Positions 1-10,414 of a DNA stretch of 64,000 nucleotides are shown here, piece by piece. Every line of letters begins with the position of its first letter. The first letter of the stretch is position 1. The notes beneath the pieces were generated by a model, which saw only the letters and a list, made by a program, of their open reading frames with translations, had not been told where the DNA came from and made no database searches. Made by a program: the position numbers and the translations under genes. The DNA comes from Massalongia carnosa (Eukaryota), in NCBI GenBank assembly GCA_965645245.1, contig OZ287080.1, positions 372,001 to 436,000 on the forward strand. Direction: 5' to 3'.

Positions 1-1106
1 CGTTCGAAAAGGAAGCGAGCTGGGGCATCCATCACCGAATTCTGGCCCCATTGCTCACCCCATCGGCGGTAGCACACTGTTTCTCCGAAGTGCGTGCTTG
101 TGCGTCTGAACTGACGGACAATTGGCGCGCCTCGAGCGGCGATTCTCCTGTGTCTGCCATTGATGAATTGAACCGGTTGGACTTGGAAACGACCACCCTC
201 TGCTTTTATGGCAGGAAGCTCAACGGCCTGACTGGACCGCCATCCCCGATGATCAACGCCATGGACGGAGCCACAGGGGAGGCGGTCAAGCGACCAACTC
301 GACTGCGACTCATCAATTGGCTCTTCTATCAGTCCAAATTCGAGAGTGACTCGAAAGCCATGCGCCAGTACGCGAGTGAGTGTCTCGACTATCGAAAGGC
401 CAATCCAACGGACCGAAAGGACATGCTGTATTCGATGATGAATGCAAAGGACCCTGAAACTGGCAAATTCCTTACCGAGCCGCAGATAATCGACGAGATG
501 GTGACCATGCCCATCGGATCAAGTACGGCTCCCTGCGTCATCGCAAGTGCAATCTACTATCTCCTCAAGAATCCCGAATGCATTCGAAAAGCTCGTGAAG
601 AGATCGACTCGGTCATCAGCGGTGGCGAGTTCACCCATGATCAGCTGGACAAGATGCCCTACTGCGCCGGAATCGTTCGAGAATCTCTGCGTCTCTCAGC
701 AGCGGCACCGGGGTTCAACATCCAGCCCTTGCCAGACACGCAAGGGCCCGTCCTGCTAGGCGGAGGCAAGTATCAGATCTCCCCCACGCAGACCATGATC
801 ATCGTGCTCCATGGAGTGAACCGTGACCCGGCCGTCTTCGACGAGCCAGACGCGTTCAAGCCCGAACGAATGATCGGCGAAGCGTTCGAGAAACTCCCCG
901 AAGGCGCCAAGAAATGGTTCGGGAACGGCAAGCGCGTATGCATTGGTCAGCATTATGCCTGGATGTGGAACATGATTACGGTTATTACGTTGTTGAGGGA
1001 TGTGGATTTTGAAATGGCGGATCCGAGCTATCGGTTGAGACAGGATGGCTGGTTTAATCTCCGACCTGTGGATTTCTGTATCAAAGTTAAGTCAAGGGCC
1101 AAGTAG
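1..1106 (+). CDS. Cytochrome P450, CYP505/CYP102-like heme domain only (5' end outside window)
   Basis: Frame open from the window start (FEKEASWGIHHRILAPL, resembling the BM3/P450foxy W..AH.IL motif); ExxR (ESLR), PER motif (FKPERM), heme motif FGNGKRVCIG; TAG at 1104-1106. Confidence 0.9.
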   Translation, partial: FEKEASWGIHHRILAPLLTPSAVAHCFSEVRACASELTDNWRASSGDSPVSAIDELNRLDLETTTLCFYGRKLNGLTGPPSPMINAMDGATGEAVKRPTRLRLINWLFYQSKFESDSKAMRQYASECLDYRKANPTDRKDMLYSMMNAKDPETGKFLTEPQIIDEMVTMPIGSSTAPCVIASAIYYLLKNPECIRKAREEIDSVISGGEFTHDQLDKMPYCAGIVRESLRLSAAAPGFNIQPLPDTQGPVLLGGGKYQISPTQTMIIVLHGVNRDPAVFDEPDAFKPERMIGEAFEKLPEGAKKWFGNGKRVCIGQHYAWMWNMITVITLLRDVDFEMADPSYRLRQDGWFNLRPVDFCIKVKSRAK

Positions 1107-1281
1107 GAAAGGTTTTTAGAGAAGCTGGCAACCGTTTGAACGCATCTGAAAACACACAGATTTTGCATTGAAGAAATTCGAGCGAAAGTTTTCGAATAGT
1201 GAAAAACAAGACAACCTGTTATAATTCATCAAATAATAAATTTAAAAAAAATTAATCAGAAAAAACGATGCGACGAAACGT

Positions 1282-1463
1282 TATTAAAGAATCAAAGCAG
1301 TTATTAAAATAGGTATATGACTATGGCTATATAGCTATGATAAAAATGGTATGTATGACCGTGATGTTAGGGATGAAGAGTGCTGTTCAGCAGTCTTTGT
1401 CTCATAACCTCTGGTCCGTAGGTGCTATGTTCATTGATCTTGGTAGGAGTTGCATATTCAACA
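1282..1463 (-). repeat. 3' LTR of copia-1 (distal boundary approximate)
   Basis: Plus strand ends ...TTCAACA at 1463 next to the PPT; distal end probably TATTAAA at 1282 (TGTTGAA with two G>A changes), although a second TATTAAA lies at 1302. Confidence 0.6.
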
Positions 1464-1981
1464 CCCCCCCTCAAGTCCTGCCCGTACTTGTTTGCCTGTA
1501 GGTTCAACTGTGATTGACTTGTTATTCATGTGTAAGAACTTAACATGAGTGAGAGGTTTTGTCAGTCCGTCTGCTATCTTGTCTTCTGTTGAGACATAGG
1601 TGAGGTCGATTCGTTCCTCGAGGACCTCGTTCCGGATGAAGTGATGCTGAATGTCTATGTACTTAGTCCTAGCGTGTAAGAAAGACAGGATTGTTGGCAA
1701 GGGCTATGACGCTTTGATTGTCGCCTTTTAATGCGATGATGCCTTCTCCTCTTAACACATTTATCGTTGTGGATTCGTTGTCCATAGTCATCAATCCGAG
1801 TTCGATCATCAGTAAACGTAGCCATGTGGCCTCCTTTGCTGCTAAGGTAAGTGCCATATACTCTGCTTCAATTGATGATAATGCGACGGTTGTTTGTGTT
1901 GACTTGCGTTCTTCCTTGTCTCCGGCTCAGTCGGAATCGGAATATCCTTGTATTGTCAGGTCTCCTCCGCCGAAGGTGATA

Positions 1982-4266
1982 CAGTCAAACCTTCCTATAA
2001 CGATAGGGTTTGTCCACGCCGGCCAATCGTTATAGCCAGATTATCGTTATAGCCAGAATATATTATTTATAAGTTAAACATAACGGTTATGTGTGATGAT
2101 GAGATTCATAGACCTAAGAATCTATATAGCATGAAAATAAGTCTGAATAGACTGTTGCTGCAACTCCTGTGTGCCTCTGCCTCTGATATCCCGTCGATAA
2201 CGTGTCAAACATCGCAAAACCTCGCTGTTACCGTTGGCTTGTTGCTCCTCGTAGAGACAGAGTCTATTCAAAGCAGTAATAGCTTCTGCACTGCTCACTT
2301 TTGCCATCATCTCTTGCTCCTCATCTGTCTCATGGTCTCGTTCAATCAAAGGGTGACTATAACTGTCCAGAATCTGTTCAAATATCTCCTCCTCGTTGTC
2401 TTCCACCACCTCATCCACGAGATCCAAGAAATGATCTATCTTCATCGCCTCTGTGATGTGATTTTTGTCTTGTAGAGTCCGTATTGTAGCGTCCATCTGC
2501 TTGATCATCTCTCGCTGCTTGACATCATCTGCATCAGACTGCTCCTTCCACCCCAATTGTATAGCCACACTTTCCGAAACAGGTCCGTACTTTGGACCCA
2601 AAACTTTGGATTTCAACCAGCAATTGGCAATTGTAGTAGAAGAAACGTCTTCTTGCCAAGCAGCTACACTCCATCGAAGAGCTTGTAGAATATGAATTGA
2701 CTTTAACGGATCGCGATCCAAATCATATTCCGAACAGATGTAATTCAACCAATGCCGACGATAATGAGCTTTAAAGGCCTTGATGATGCCTTGATCAAGA
2801 GGTTGACAGACGCTTGTGGCGTTGGCAGGTAAGAAAAGTACCTAAAAAGTTGATTAATCGACGCTCTTGAAAATACACATCAGTCTAACGTACCTTGACG
2901 TTGTTCAGAGCAGTTTCATCTGCTTCTAAAAGCTTCAATCCGGCGTGATGGGATGAAAACCCATCTACTAGAAGCACTACATTGCGATCTGCGGTCAAAG
3001 CGTTGAACCATAGAAGATACTCTTTGAATATCTTGCCTGTCATCCATGCTTTTTTGTTATGACGCCAAGTCATCGGTAGGTTTTCTATCTTGACGCCAGA
3101 TCGAGCAAAACAGCGAGGCTTTGCTGCCGTTCCAATAAACCAGGGATCCATCTTGTGACCCACGACATTACAACAAAGATTGATGGTGATTCTAGACTTA
3201 TTCAACTTAACACCAGCTGAATCAGACACTGCCAAGGTACGATCCGGCGTCATTTTCCAGTATAGAGCTGATTCGTCCATGTTATAGATGTCTTCATTAG
3301 GATACGACTTTAGTTCTTCCCTGAGATTCACGAGTTCAAGCTCCACTGTTGCTTGATCTACCGCAGCAGCTTCGCCATGACGAACTACTCTATGAATCTT
3401 ATACCGCTTCTTGAAGCCGTCCAACCAGCCTGTTGAGAATTTGGGCTCCTCAACGCCTTGATATTGCGGCATTCGAGCCCAGAATCTTTTGGCCATGGCC
3501 TTCAATATATCACCTGTTATGGTGGCATGCTTGAGCTCCTGTTTCTGCTGCCATTCGTACAACGCCATCTCCAGATCTTCCCAATTTGCTGGCTGTCTCT
3601 TCTTTGATTGCGGATGAATGAGTCTTGAATCATCCAGATGATCATACTGATGAGACAAACAGACAGAAACCGTGGATTGAGACAGCTTACGACCAAACTG
3701 ATTTAGAAACCAGGCTATTAAGGAGTTGGAATTGGGCTTGGGATGATCCGCCTGATTATAGTGAGCTCGCAAGGCCTTTCTCTCAGCGTCAGTAATAGCT
3801 CGTCGTCGCTTGACGCCGGCGGAGGAGCTAATAGGTCTATTCAAGATGGACGACATGATGTTGTGAATACTCGGCGAATATCTTGGAAGTAGAAGGCTAG
3901 GTTATCAAATGGTAATACAACAAACGGGAACGACTTGGCTAATCAGCTTAACCAGAGCTTGATTTGTGACTGCTTCTATTACTACCTCTAGTAAAGAGTG
4001 ATTCTATGAAAATATAGCAGAATAGGCTCCCTATATATATACCTATCAAAAAACTACACTGCATTATTTAAGCAGGAAGTTCGGTCGAGGTGCAACCTGG
4101 CTTCTATGTATGTATAACGATACCCTACAAAAATTTTGAGATTTACTAACGATATCGTAATAGGGAGATTATCGTTATTTTGCACCTAAAATTGCCGGAT
4201 TTCTCCAACCAATCGTTGTGGAGCGATTATCGTTATAACCAAAATCGTTATAGGAAGGTTTGACTG
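1982..4266 (-). mobile_element. pogo/Tigger-like DNA transposon (Tc1/mariner superfamily), apparently complete
   Basis: 23-bp TIRs CAGTCAAACCTTCCTATAACGAT (1982-2004; reverse complement 4244-4266), TA duplication (1980-1981, 4267-4268); removing it restores host copia RT ...KDRGI|TFGG. Confidence 0.95.
2122..3856 (-). CDS. pogo/Tigger-type transposase (CENP-B-type HTH plus DDE_1), about 560 aa; exons 3856-2894 and 2841-2122
   Basis: HTH region (FSTGWLDGFKKRY), catalytic motifs YNMDES, LLVDGFSSH, QPLDQGII; a 52-nt GTACGT...TAG phase-0 intron joins the two ORF-track fragments without stops. Confidence 0.92.
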
Positions 4267-4649
4267 TACCTCTGTCCTTGGTAGCGCTAAGATATCTGAG
4301 AATGTGTTTGATCACTTTCATGTGTGTCCTGCTTGGATTTTTCGAAGGTCGACTGACTGGAGATGTTGCAAAAGCAATGTCGGGTCTTGTTTCTACATAT
4401 CATCACGAACATGATGAATGCAACAATGATTTGATATTGTCTAATGTCTTTGTCGGAGGCTTGGGATTCATTGGTGAAAAGACATTCTTCTCGCATGAGA
4501 GTATTGGCTGATTTTGCATTTTGCATATGAAATCTTTCTAGCACTTTCTCAATATAGGTTGGTTGAGATAGCTTGATGATTCTTTTAACTCGATCTCGTT
4601 CGACCTTGAGACCTAAGTAGTAACTGATCGGTCTCATGTCTATCAATTA

Positions 4650-4974
4650 TGTTGATTCATACTGTCTTGGCGTTATTTGGTTTTGCCACTATACCGAGGT
4701 TAATTGTCTTACCCGATATGACTTCACCTTACAATTGCATGGAACATTCTATGGGGATCTATAATTCCGCTATTACCGCACGACAAGGTCCCTGCTTTCA
4801 CGAAGACTCCATGACAGCCATATTCGGTGTATATATTTGGGCAAATAATCCCACCTCTTTCTTTCTTAGAAAGTTCAGTTAGTTAAGTTCAATTTAGTTA
4901 TAGAGCTTCAAGCGCAGCATATCAGCCTTTTCATTGATTCAGTGCAGCTCCCTCAGCCCCCATTTATTTCAACA
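4650..4974. mobile_element. Solo LTR inserted in the copia-1 RT region
   Basis: TGTTGA...TCAACA inverted ends; removing it rejoins LKLAFK to IDMRPISYYLG; degenerate 5-bp TSD (AATTA / ATTTT). Confidence 0.75.
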
Positions 4975-5382
4975 ATTTTGAATGCTAGCTTGAGTTGTCT
5001 CTTGACTTCGATGATCATTGGGGATCCCTTTGGATCTATCTATGATGTTCAGATCATCAACGAAAGAAGTAACGATGGGATCTTTTATGCCTTGAGGTGT
5101 GGCGAAGATTCTCGAGTCCTAATTTTTGCAGCAGAAAGGCAGAAAGTCGTTCATATCAGAGGCGAGGAGACCGTTTTAGATCATACAGGGCCTTGTTCAG
5201 TTTACATATCATGCGGGGTACGTCATAATCTATTGACATGTGAACATAGACGAATTGATCAATGAAGCCATTGAGGAAAGCTGTTATTATATCGAGTTGT
5301 TCGATATCAAGTCATGATAAGCAGCTAACGCGAATATCAGACGAAAAGTCATCGGCTTGATCACAGAAGCGAAGGTTTGATC

Positions 5383-5617
5383 CTTTGACTACAGGAGGCT
5401 TAGTAGCAGACTGAAGGCTTTGAAAAGGTGATTATATTGATGCTATCTAGAAGGAAGGAAGTTCGAGGGGGTCCTTCCTAGGACCTTATTGACCAGATTT
5501 TTTGCTATAGCAAACACCTCCTTAACCACCTTACCGCATTAGGATTCAGGGGGGCGGCCTATTGTAAGGCCGGCCTCCGATAAGGCTAGGTGGACCGTCG
5601 CTATTGTCAATCCAAAG
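5383..5617 (-). repeat. copia-2 3' LTR (235 bp)
   Basis: Direct repeat of 10184-10414; by eye about 9 substitutions and 2 indels; ends CTTTG...CAAAG. Confidence 0.92.
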
Positions 5618-8600
5618 CTCCCTCACAATAGGAAGGTTCCAACCTCCAGAAGTTTGAACCAACCTCATTCATTTGATGCCTCAGGGGCAGTGGTCATATT
5701 CATCTGATCGATGAACCTTCGAAAGGAGGTCCACGGTAGAGGCTTGGTTAGTCCATCAGCTATCATATCCTTAGTGGGCACATAGCTAATTTGAATAGCT
5801 TCCTCAGCGATCAACTCCCTCGTCTTATGATACTGGATATCGATGTGTTTGGCGCGAGGATGATTGATGGGGTTGTCGGCTAGCTTTATAGCCGCCTTAT
5901 TGTCAGCTTTCAGGGGGACGGGCCATTGACACCATATCCCAGGATTTCAAGGCATTCGCCAAGAAGACAGCCTCCTTGCCAGCATGGCACTCCCCCGTAT
6001 ACTCAGCCTCAGCTGTGGACGTGGCCACCGGGGCCTGGCGTTTCGTTGACCAGCTGATTGGTCCGCTGTTCAGGAGGAAGACATAGGCGGAAGTGGATCT
6101 CCTAGTGTCCAGACAGTCTCCATAAGAGGCATCAGTATAACCGATTAAATCGGTGTGAATACCCTCATAGGAGGATCCAAAACATAGGCCTAGGTCCCTT
6201 GTTCCAGCCAAATATCGAATGATTCTTTTTAAGATTGCGCCTTAATAGGGGGTAGGATTGATTGAATATCTACTGCAGCGATTCACCGAGTAAGCACGGC
6301 CGAGTCATACATGCTAACCACAATAGAGATCCAATAAGCATTTGGTATGCCTTGATCTCTCTATTTGTGGCCTCGTATATCTTGCCTTTATAGTAATTCT
6401 TGACCAGAAGAAGATTGGTCTCCATGGGTGTTTTGACGGATTTGCAATCGGACATGTCGACTGCATCGATGACCCGCCTAATGTGCGCCGATTGATGAAC
6501 ATATATTCTTCTATTTGGCCGGTCCCGAGTGACGTGCATCCCTAAATAGAAATTAATTGGTCCGAGATCCTTGATCCGGAATCGGTGAGACAATTCAGTC
6601 TTCAAGAGACTGATGTCCGAAAGAGAGGGTCCGATGAGAATTAGATCATCCACATAAATCGCTATTATGATGCCATTTTGCTGATGAATATAGACCGAAT
6701 GGTCCTCATCTACTCTCCTATAGCCTATGGTGATAAGATAGTCAGTGAGGGTGGAATACCATTCACGGGGGGCCTGCTTGAGACCATACAAGGCCTTCTT
6801 CAAGTGACAGGCATATCCCCCTGGTTTGACAAACCCATGGGGTTGTTCCATCCAGACCTCCTCTTTTAGAGGGGCCTCAAGGAAAGCGGTGACCACGTCG
6901 ATCTGTTCGACCTCCAGGTCATATCTAGCCGCTATAGCCAGCAGGGCTTTCCATGTCATTGATTTGACCACGCTAGCATAGGTTTATTATAGTCAATGCC
7001 TTCTATCTGGCAAAAACCTTTACCTACCCATCGGGCCTTATATCGAGATATTTCCCCATCCGGACCGAGTTTGGTGGTATAAACCCATCTACCAGGGAGG
7101 ATCTTCCTACCAGGTGGTGGAATTTCCAGGTCCCAGGTCCCGTTGATGGAATGAGATTCAACCTCCTCCTCTGATGCTCGGATCCATTCGGTAGCCTCTG
7201 AAGACTGAATGGCCTCCTTGTAGGTGCTGGGGACGGTGAGGTGGTTTAAGGAGGCCTTAAGAGCTCTCAATGCGAATCCCTTGTTACCTCCTTTCTTAGA
7301 CCATGAATCAGCTAATTTAGCATAATCGGGTCGAGAGGTGTTTCGAGATGGTCGGGATGATGATGTAGGTGGAGGTGGTGGTCTAGGTTCCTGAGGTACC
7401 TGTCCTGGTGCGGATTTGATCGACTGCTCGGAATTACTAGTAAATTGGCCTGTTAAAGGAGCAGTTGATGACCCAGAGGTCAGGTCGGCTACTTGTGAGT
7501 CCTCGGAATTTTCTGAACTTTCTGATTTATCATCGTCCTCTCTCCCGGTTCCTTCATCTGCAAATTCCGGTTCTAAAGGCCGTTTAGGGGGTTCCTCATT
7601 AACGAGTTCCTCCTCTTCATTGGCATAAATTATCACCCCTGATGTGTCCACCTCGTCGTCACCATTTCGGTAGAAGAATTGTAAGAAGCCATAGTCGTCG
7701 TCGTCACCATCCCCCGATTCTTCAACTGAAAATGATGCGGTCTCGTCCCATAGCACGTGTGCCGGAATGATGAGTTTCTTGGAGGTGAGGTCCCAAAGGC
7801 GATACTTGTTGTTGCCTTGGAGGCCAAGAAATCTGCATTTGATGCTTCTGTCGTCCAGCTTCTTCTTCTGAGGGTCAACATTGTAAGAGTATGCTACACA
7901 CCCGAAGATACGAACACCCGACAAGTCTGGCTGTCTGCCATACATCAGTTCGAAGGGTGTTTTATCACCATGCCTTGGACTCCTGTTTTTCAGGTAAGTA
8001 ACGTAGGAAATAGCCTCCCCCCATTGATTAGAAGGCATTCCACTGTCACTAAGAATCGCACGGGTTCGCTCGAAGAGGGTGCGAAAGCACCTCTCGACTA
8101 CCCCACTCTGATTCGGATTGTGTGGTGCTGTCGCATCCCACTCGATGTCATTGTCCTTCAAAATTTGTAAGGTCTGATGGCCAGCATACTCCCCTCCGTT
8201 GCCACTGTGCATAAGTTTGACCGGGTGTCCTCGTGTCTTCATCCATGCTAAATAGTCCTTTAAGACCTCTTTTAATTCGGATTTTTTCTTCAGAAGGTAA
8301 ATCACCGTCCAGTCAGTAAAATCGTCAATAAAGGAGGCAGCATACTTGACTCCCCCAATTGTCTGAGGTATGTCCCCCCGCCAGCAATGTCGGTATGTAC
8401 GATTTCACCGATGTTGGTGGCCTTTAGTCATTGAATTCTAACTGGATTTCGATGTTTTTTTCCTATTGCACATGATGGACACACGTTGATTTTAGGTTCT
8501 GCTGATTCACATTTATCAGCCTTAATTGCATCAATCCCAGTGGAGAGTTTAGCTAAAATCTTGACGTCCTTCATGTTGAGGTGGGCTAATCGTCGGTGCC

Positions 8601-10183
8601 ACACCGTCCACGAGGCATTGTCAGAGGATTTATAAGAGGTATGTAAGGTCTTTGATTGGTCCAGGTCGATCGAGTGTGTGGATCCAGAAGACTGACGAGT
8701 ACCAGTAAGACAGAGTTCTCAGTCAGGGGCAAAACATTCAGTTCTTCCTTTCCCTACTCGAAATTCGAATCCTTTCGACTCAATAACACCTACAGAAAAC
8801 AGATTGTATCCTGACTCGGGTACGTGATGGACATCCTTTAGGCACATAGCCTTTGATTCACCATCCACGTCTAGATATAGGGTAACAGATCCTATTCCTT
8901 CAATAATCATGTCAGTGGAGTTGGCCGTTTTTATGACCTTCCCTCTAATTAGTTGATAGTCATCAAATAGGTCTTTGTCATAGCAAATATGGACATCGGA
9001 AGCCGAGTCTATCCACCAGGTACGATCCTTATTTTGAGACTTATGGACGTTAGTAAAGAGGCTCTTGGTTATCATTGATCTTGGAACGAAGGCTGATTTG
9101 GACGAGGGATTAGATTTCTTCTTGTCCTTATCCTCCTTCTTATTCTTCACCAAGTTTTCCTTAGATGGGGCCGGTTTCCAGTTATCGGGCCGGTTGGTTG
9201 CATTCAGATAATAGCAATTGGTCTTGTTGTGGCCAGGACCGTCACAGTATTCACATTTTGACGAATTGGTATTTTTCTCCTTTTTCTCCTTTTTGCTCTT
9301 CTTATCTTCTTTCTTTTCCTTCCTGTTGAACTTAGCCGTCAGTGCCTTGTTGGATTCCTCTAAGTTATGTTGGCGGTTATCATGATCTATTGAGGCCATC
9401 ATCATCTCGTCAACGTCTAACTCCCTCATGTTTGCTCTTGCAGCCTCTACGAGACTGAAGATATAAGGTTCCAGGTCCGGTTTAAGACCAAGTCGGAACG
9501 AGATAGAGAGAACCCAGTCTGGTAACTTGTGACCGAGTTGTATCAACTGGGAGTGGGCCTTCTTTAGGTGTTCGGCGTACTCCTGAATGGATTTGAAATC
9601 TGATTGGCTAGCACGAAGTTGAAGGAAGGCCAGGTCTCTAGTGGCCAGACTTGTTGCTTTGTAATGCTTTTACAGTACATCCCAAATCTCTTTTGGGTCT
9701 TCCAGACCCTCTATATGGACTCGAGGGCCTGTTCCACAGTTTAAGTATATCTTGGTAGCTGCTTTACCCTTCGCTTGTCCCATTTCTTCTGTTTGTCCTC
9801 GAAGGCCTCCAGTTTGTCCTCCCACCGCTCAATAGTGCTTTGTGTCACTACTATGGCCGGGGTGGTGACTCCATCCTCTATCTTAGAAAGGGAGTCCACT
9901 GGTCGAGGCGGAGCATTAAGGGGTCGTAGTTCTTCCCCTTTAACTATATCCCACAGTTCGTCTAAACTAAGGAGGCCTTTCACCTCCTTCCATACATTGT
10001 AGTTCTTTTCACCTACCAATGGCTTTATCTGATAGGTTTCTAGTCCCATTGTTGAAGACTAAGCACCGACAGCTGAGGAGGTTCTTTGAGGCTTGATAAT
10101 TGGCCTACAAGGAAGAGGACTAGATATGTAGGAAGAGAAGAGATTATATAGCACTTCCCTAGCGTCTAGCCGGGCTCATAACC

Positions 10184-10414
10184 CTTTGAGTACAGGAGGC
10201 TTAGTAGCAGACTGAAGGCTTTGAAAGGTGATTATATTGATGCTATCTAGAAGGAAGGAAGTTCGAGGGGGTCCTCCCGAGGGCCTTATTGACCAGATTG
10301 TTTGCTATAGCAAACACCTCCTTGACCACCTTACCGGATTAGGATTCAGGGGGGCGTATCGTAAGGCCGGCCTCCGATAAGGCTAGGTGGACCGTCGCTA
10401 TTGTCGATCCAAAG
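10184..10414 (-). repeat. copia-2 5' LTR (231 bp)
   Basis: Direct repeat of 5383-5617; immediately followed on the minus strand by the PBS. Confidence 0.92.

Larger units (their letters stand above)
1282..5382 (-). mobile_element. Decayed Ty1/copia retrotransposon 'copia-1' (RT-RNaseH-PPT-3' LTR only), host of nested insertions
   Basis: Minus-strand RT motifs at 4980-5382 (DQTFASVIKPMTFR, IEQLDIITAFLNG, KLNKALY, FVDDL), 4270-4646 ([15 protein letters not shown]) and RNase H at 1460-1980 (GYSDSD*AG, AKEATWLR, RTKYIDIQHHFIR, IADGLTKPL). PPT GAGGGGGGG is followed by LTR start TGTTGAA at 1463. Stops and frameshifts present. Confidence 0.9.
5383..10414 (-). mobile_element. Ty1/copia LTR retrotransposon 'copia-2', full structure but frameshifted
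   Basis: Two LTRs; PBS GGTTATGAGCCC (10183-10172); PPT GAGGGAG; domain order gag (CEYCDGPGHNKTNC knuckle), protease (WWIDSAS), integrase, RT (YGLKQAPREW, YVDD), RNase H (GYTDAS), split across several frames. Confidence 0.95.
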
